DNA of 64,000 nt. Origin: Dendrobates tinctorius. Taxonomy: Eukaryota. The translations under genes and the position numbers were made by a program. The stretch spans positions 1 through 64,000 of the forward strand of contig NW_027362023.1 of NCBI RefSeq assembly GCF_039654945.1. The letters are read 5' to 3'. The notes beneath the pieces were generated by a model. That model saw nothing but the letters and a program-made list of their open reading frames with translations, did not search any database and was not told where the DNA came from. Positions 59,131-64,000 of the stretch are shown one piece after another (position 1 is the stretch's first letter; the number at the start of each line of letters is the position of its first letter).

Positions 59131-62100
59131 TTTTCTGTAGCTTCCCGCAGTTGGTCCTTGGCTCTCCACAGGTGGTTCTTAGCTCTTGGACATTCCTACT
59201 GATGATTCTTTTTACTCCTCTGCCTGTAATCCCGTGGGAAACACCTTGCCATGGCCGGTTTATGGTGAAATCATGTCTATTACACTTCTGGATTATGGCC
59301 ACAGCAGCGCTCACTGGAACCTCCAGTAGTTTAGAAATTCTTCTGTAACCAATGCAATCAGGATGTCTTGCAACAATAAGGTTGTGAAGGTCTTGAGATA
59401 GCTCACTGGTGTTACCCATCATGAAATGTTTCTTGTGTGGCCCCTTTGTAATGTCACACCTTTTATATTGCCCATCAGTTGAACCAGCTGATATTATTTG
59501 TCACTAAGTGTCAGGATTGCATCCTAATTACTGATAGATCCCAGCCGGTGTCCGGATTTTCTAGGGCTTTTTTTCTCCTCTTTCTTCATGTGTTCAGTAC
59601 TTTTTCCCTGTGTCATTTCTCATTGTTACACATAATTTATGGACATCTCTGGTGATTTCTGTCCTGTGTGGTTGGACGGGTTCTCACTGACATCTGGGGA
59701 GAATTTAATTTTAATAGAAGCTTTACTAATAGACTTACTAGTAACATTGGTGACAAGTTCAATATTTCACCCACTGTGTGATGTAATGTCTGGGGGTTAT
59801 ATCAGTACTGGAGCGTTATAAGAGGGGCTGATATCAGTCACATATGGTGTAATGTTTGGAGGTTATATCAGTACTGGAGCATTATAAGAGGGGCTGATAT
59901 TAGTCACATATGGTGTAATGTCTGGGGGTTATATCAGTACTGGAGCATTATAAGAGGGGCTGATATCAGTCACATACGATGTAATGTCTGGAGGTTATAT
60001 CAGTACTGGAGCGTTATAAGAGGGGCTGATATCAGTCACATATGATGTAATGTCTGGAGGTTATATCAGTACTGGAGCGTTATAAGAGGGGCTGATATCA
60101 GTCACATATGATGTAATGTCTGGAGGTTATATCAGTACTGGAGCGTTATAAGAGGGGCTGATATTAGTCACATATGGTGTAATGTCTGGGGGTTATATCA
60201 GTACTGGAGCGTTATAAGAGGGGCTGATATCAGTCACATATGGTGTAATGTCTGGGGGTTATATCAGTACTGGAGCGTTATAAGAGGGGCTGATATCAGT
60301 CACATATGATGTAATGTCTGGAGGTTATATCAGTACTGGAGCGTTATAAGAGGGGCTGATATTAGTCACATATGGTGTAATGTCTGGGGGTTATATCAGT
60401 ACTGGAGCGTTATAAGAGGGGCTGATATCAGTCACATATGGTGTAATGTCTGGGGGTTATATCAGTACTGGAGCGTTATAAGAGGGGCTGATATCAGTCA
60501 CATATGGCGTAATGTTTGGGGGTTATATCAGTACTGGAGCGTTATAAGAGGGGCTGATATCAGTCACATATGGTGTAATGTTTGGGGGTTATATCAGTAC
60601 TGGAGCGTTATAAGAGGGGCTGATATCAGTCACATATGATGTAATGTCTGGAGGTTATATCAGTACTGGAGCGTTATAAGAGGGGCTGATATTAGTCACA
60701 TATGGTGTAATGTCTGGGGGTTATATCAGTACTGGAGCGTTATAAGAGGGGCTGATATCAGTCACATATGGTGTAATGTTTGGGGGTTATATCAGTACTG
60801 GAGCGTTATAAGAGGGGCTGATATCAGTCACATATGATGTAATGTCTGGAGGTTATATCAGTACTGGAGCGTTATAAGAGGGGCTGATATCAGTCACATA
60901 TGGTGTAATGTCTGGGGGTTATATCAGTACTGGAGCGTTATAAGAGGGGCTGATATCAGTCACATATGGCGTAATGTTTGGGGGTTATATCAGTACTGGA
61001 GCGTTATAAGAGGGGCTGATATCAGTCACATATGGTGTAATGTCTGGAGGTTATATCAGTGCTGGAGCGTTATAAGAGGGGCTGATATCAGTCACATATG
61101 ATGTAATGTCTGGAGGTTATATCAGTACTGGAGCGTTATAAGAGGGGCTGATATCAGTCACACATGATGTAATGTCTGGAGGTTATATCAGTACTGGAGC
61201 GTTATAAGAGGGGCTGATATCAGTCACATATGGTGTAATGTCTGGGGGTTATATCAGTACTGGAGCGTTATAAGAGGGGCTGATATCAGTCACATATGGT
61301 GTAATGTCTGGAGGTTATATCAGTACTGGAGCGTTATAAGAGGGGCTGATATCAGTCACATATGGTGTAATGTCTGGGGGTTATATCAGTACTGGAGCGT
61401 TATAAGAGGGGCTGATATCAGTCACATATGGTGTAATGTCTGGAGGTTATATCAGTACTGGAGCGTTATAAGAGGGGCTGATATCAGTCACATATGGTGT
61501 AATGTCTGGAGGTTATATCAGTACTGGAGCGTTATAAGAGGGGCTGATATCAGTCACATATGGTGTAATGTCTGGAGGTTATATCAGTACTGGAGCGTTA
61601 TAAGAGGGGCTGATATCAGTCACATATGGTGTAATGTCTGGGGGTTATATCAGTGCTGGAGCGTTATAAGAGGGGCTGATATCAGTCACATATGGTGTAA
61701 TGTCTGGGGGTTATATCAGTACTGGAGCGTTATAAGAGGGGCTGATATCAGTCACATATGGTGTAATGTCTGGGGGTTATATCAGTGCTGGAGCGTTATA
61801 AGAGGGGCTGATATCAGTCACATATGGTGTAATGTCTGGAGGTTATATCAGTACTGGAGCGTTATAAGAGGGGCTGATATCAGTCACATGGTATTGTGTG
61901 GGTCAGTGCAGGAAGTTTCTTTCTCTCTGGAGTTGAGGGTCAGACGTGTTCAGTTCTTGGGGAAAGTGTCAGCACTTATGTGAAGTTATGTGAATTCTTC
62001 CTTGTCGATCTGCCGAATTCATGACAAAACCTCAACTCTTCTCCAAAATCAATAAATCAACTCCTGTCGCTGCAAAGCCTCTCTTCTAAATGTCATGTCC

Positions 62101-62630
62101 TTTCCTTCAGAGCTGCACTCACTGTTCTGCATGTTCTCGATGAGTACAAGAGCAGTCAGTCATGTTGATCAGATGTACAATGATGGGTCGGACTCCGCAG
62201 CTGATGAGAAAGTTGTGATTGTTGTGTACAGCAGATAACAGCAGCCGCGAGTAATCAGCGATTGATGGCGACTTCCACATTGAGACTCTGTCGCTCCCGT
62301 CACTTGGTTTACAAAGTTCATGTCACCTTCGCTCCATTTATGTGCCGTGGTCGGGAAACCACAGAGTTTTTTGCCTCCCCTGGATCAATACATTGGGTTA
62401 TAGGTTAAATTTGATGATCTTGTATTTTCTTCAAACTTTGAAATTATAAAACTGTTGTGAACTAAGAAATAACTTGATCCAGTTACAACCAAAGCTGCAA
62501 TCGCACTACAGATGTGAGGAATAGCCGCACCCTGTGCTGCAGTGCACGCCCCAGTCCAGCAGCTCAGGAGTTAACGAATGAAGGAAAAGGTTACAGTCAT
62601 GTGAGATAAGTAATCTGTATCATATCCAGA

Positions 62631-64000
62631 AATGGCTGATAACGGGGAGTAATAGATTGTAGACTCCTGTCCTACAGTCTCCTCCCCAGTAATGGCTGAT
62701 AACAGGGAGTAATAGATTGTAGTCTCCTGTCCTACAGTCTCCTCCCCAGTAATGGCTGATAACAGGGAGTAATAGATTGTAGTCTCCTGTCCTACAGTCT
62801 CCTCCCCCAGTAATGGCTGATAACAGGGAGTAATAGATTGTAGTCTCCTGTCCTACAGTCTCCTCCCCAGTAATGGCTGATAATGGGGAGTAATAGATTG
62901 TAGTCTCCTGTCCTACAGTCTCCTCCCCAGTAATGGCTGATAACGGGGAGTAATAGATTGTACTCTCCTGTCCTACAGTCTCCTCCCCAGTAATGGCTGA
63001 TAACAGGGAGTAATAGATTGTAGTCTCCTGTCCTACAGTCTCCTCCCCCAGTAATGGCTGATAATGGGGAGTAATAGATTGTAGTCTCCTGTCCTACAGT
63101 CTCCTCCCCAGTAATGGCTGATAACGGGGAGTAATAGATTGTACTCTCCTGTCCTACAGTCTCCTCCCCAGTAATGGCTGATAACAGGGAGTAATAGATT
63201 GTAGTCTCCTGTCCTACAGTCTCCTCCCCAGTAATGGCTGATAACAGGGAGTAATAGATTGTAGTCTCCTGTCCTACAGTCTCCTCCCCCAGTAATGGCT
63301 GATAACAGGGAGTAATAGATTGTAGTCTCCTGTCCTACAGTCTCCTCCCCCAGTAATGGCTGATAACAGGGAGTAATAGATTGTAGTCTCCTGTCCTACA
63401 GTCTCCTCCCCAGTAATGGCTGATAATGGGGAGTAATAGATTGTAGTCTCCTGTCCTACAGTCTCCTCCCCCAGTAATGGCTGATAATGGGGAGTAATAG
63501 ATTGTAGTCTCCTGTCCTACAGTCTCCTCCCCAGTAATGGCTGATAACGGGGAGTAATAGATTGTACTCTCCTGTCCTACAGTCTCCTCCCCCAGTAACG
63601 GCTGATAACAGGGAGTAATAGATTGTAGTCTCCTGTCCTACAGTCTCCTCTCCAGTAATGGCTGATAACGGGGAGTAATAGATTGTAGTCTCCTGTCCTA
63701 CAGTCTCCTCCCCCAGTAATGGCTGATAACGGGGAGTAATAGATTGTAGTCTCCTGTCCTACAGTCTCCTCCTCCAGTAATGGCTGATAACGGGGAGTAA
63801 TAGATTGTAGTCTCCTGTCCTACAGTCTCCTCCCCAGTAATGGCTGATAACGGGGAGTAATAGATTGTAGTCTCCTGTCCTACAGTCTCCTCCTCCAGTA
63901 ATGGCTGATAACAGGGAGTAATAGATTGTAGTCTCCTGTCCTACAGTCTCCTCCCCCAGTAATGGCTGATAACGGGGAGTAATAGATTGTAGTCTCCTGT
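62631..64000 (-). repeat. 60-61 bp minisatellite, reverse complement of the 24213-26950 family; runs off-window
   Basis: Unit AATGGCTGATAACGGGGAGTAATAGATTGTAGTCTCCTGTCCTACAGTCTCCTCCCCAGT. Confidence 0.96.

Larger units (their letters stand above)
57432..59776 (-). mobile_element. Old Tc1-like transposon relic with a nested MITE and internal tandem expansion
   Basis: Remnants MGNTSELSQDLHNLIV...GYRRISKLLEVPVS (from 59422) and YTDILDNNL...WTFQQDADP (from 57949); right end ...CCCACTG; left end eroded. Confidence 0.8.
55879..61890. repeat. 66-bp minisatellite in the MAPKAPK3 intron, split by a Tc1 relic (arrays 55879-57430 and 59779-61890)
   Basis: Unit GGTTATATCAGTACTGGAGCGTTATAAGAGGGGCTGATATCAGTCACATATGGTGTAATGTCTGGA. 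Confidence 0.95.

Overview
Vertebrate genomic DNA. The repeat content suggests an anuran amphibian (inference). The window holds the conserved HEMK1(+) - CISH(-) - MAPKAPK3(+) block: HEMK1 complete (10 coding exons, 325 aa), CISH complete (3 coding exons, 257 aa) and the first coding exon of MAPKAPK3. A probable minus-strand splice acceptor at the left edge may belong to the C3orf18 orthologue. Roughly half the window is minisatellite, and nearly all the very long ORFs in the track are repeat artefacts. Transposons: three L2 LINE copies, three Tc1 elements (one full length with an open ORF but a catalytic E->V change), Harbinger-like MITEs, a V-SINE fragment and a solo LTR. The most notable observation is a set of minimal type I hammerhead-ribozyme motifs of the kind linked to Penelope-like elements and retrozymes. 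One is essentially perfect, lies in sense orientation in HEMK1 coding intron 2, and sits inside a 267-bp element with 50-bp inverted arms. A second, diverged copy is antisense just upstream of the MAPKAPK3 coding exon, and a third is degenerate. Also notable: a 6-kb satellite amplified from inside an L2 ORF2, STAT5 sites spread across the HEMK1-CISH interval, a repeat-derived cluster of GLI motifs, and uORFs in the MAPKAPK3 leader.
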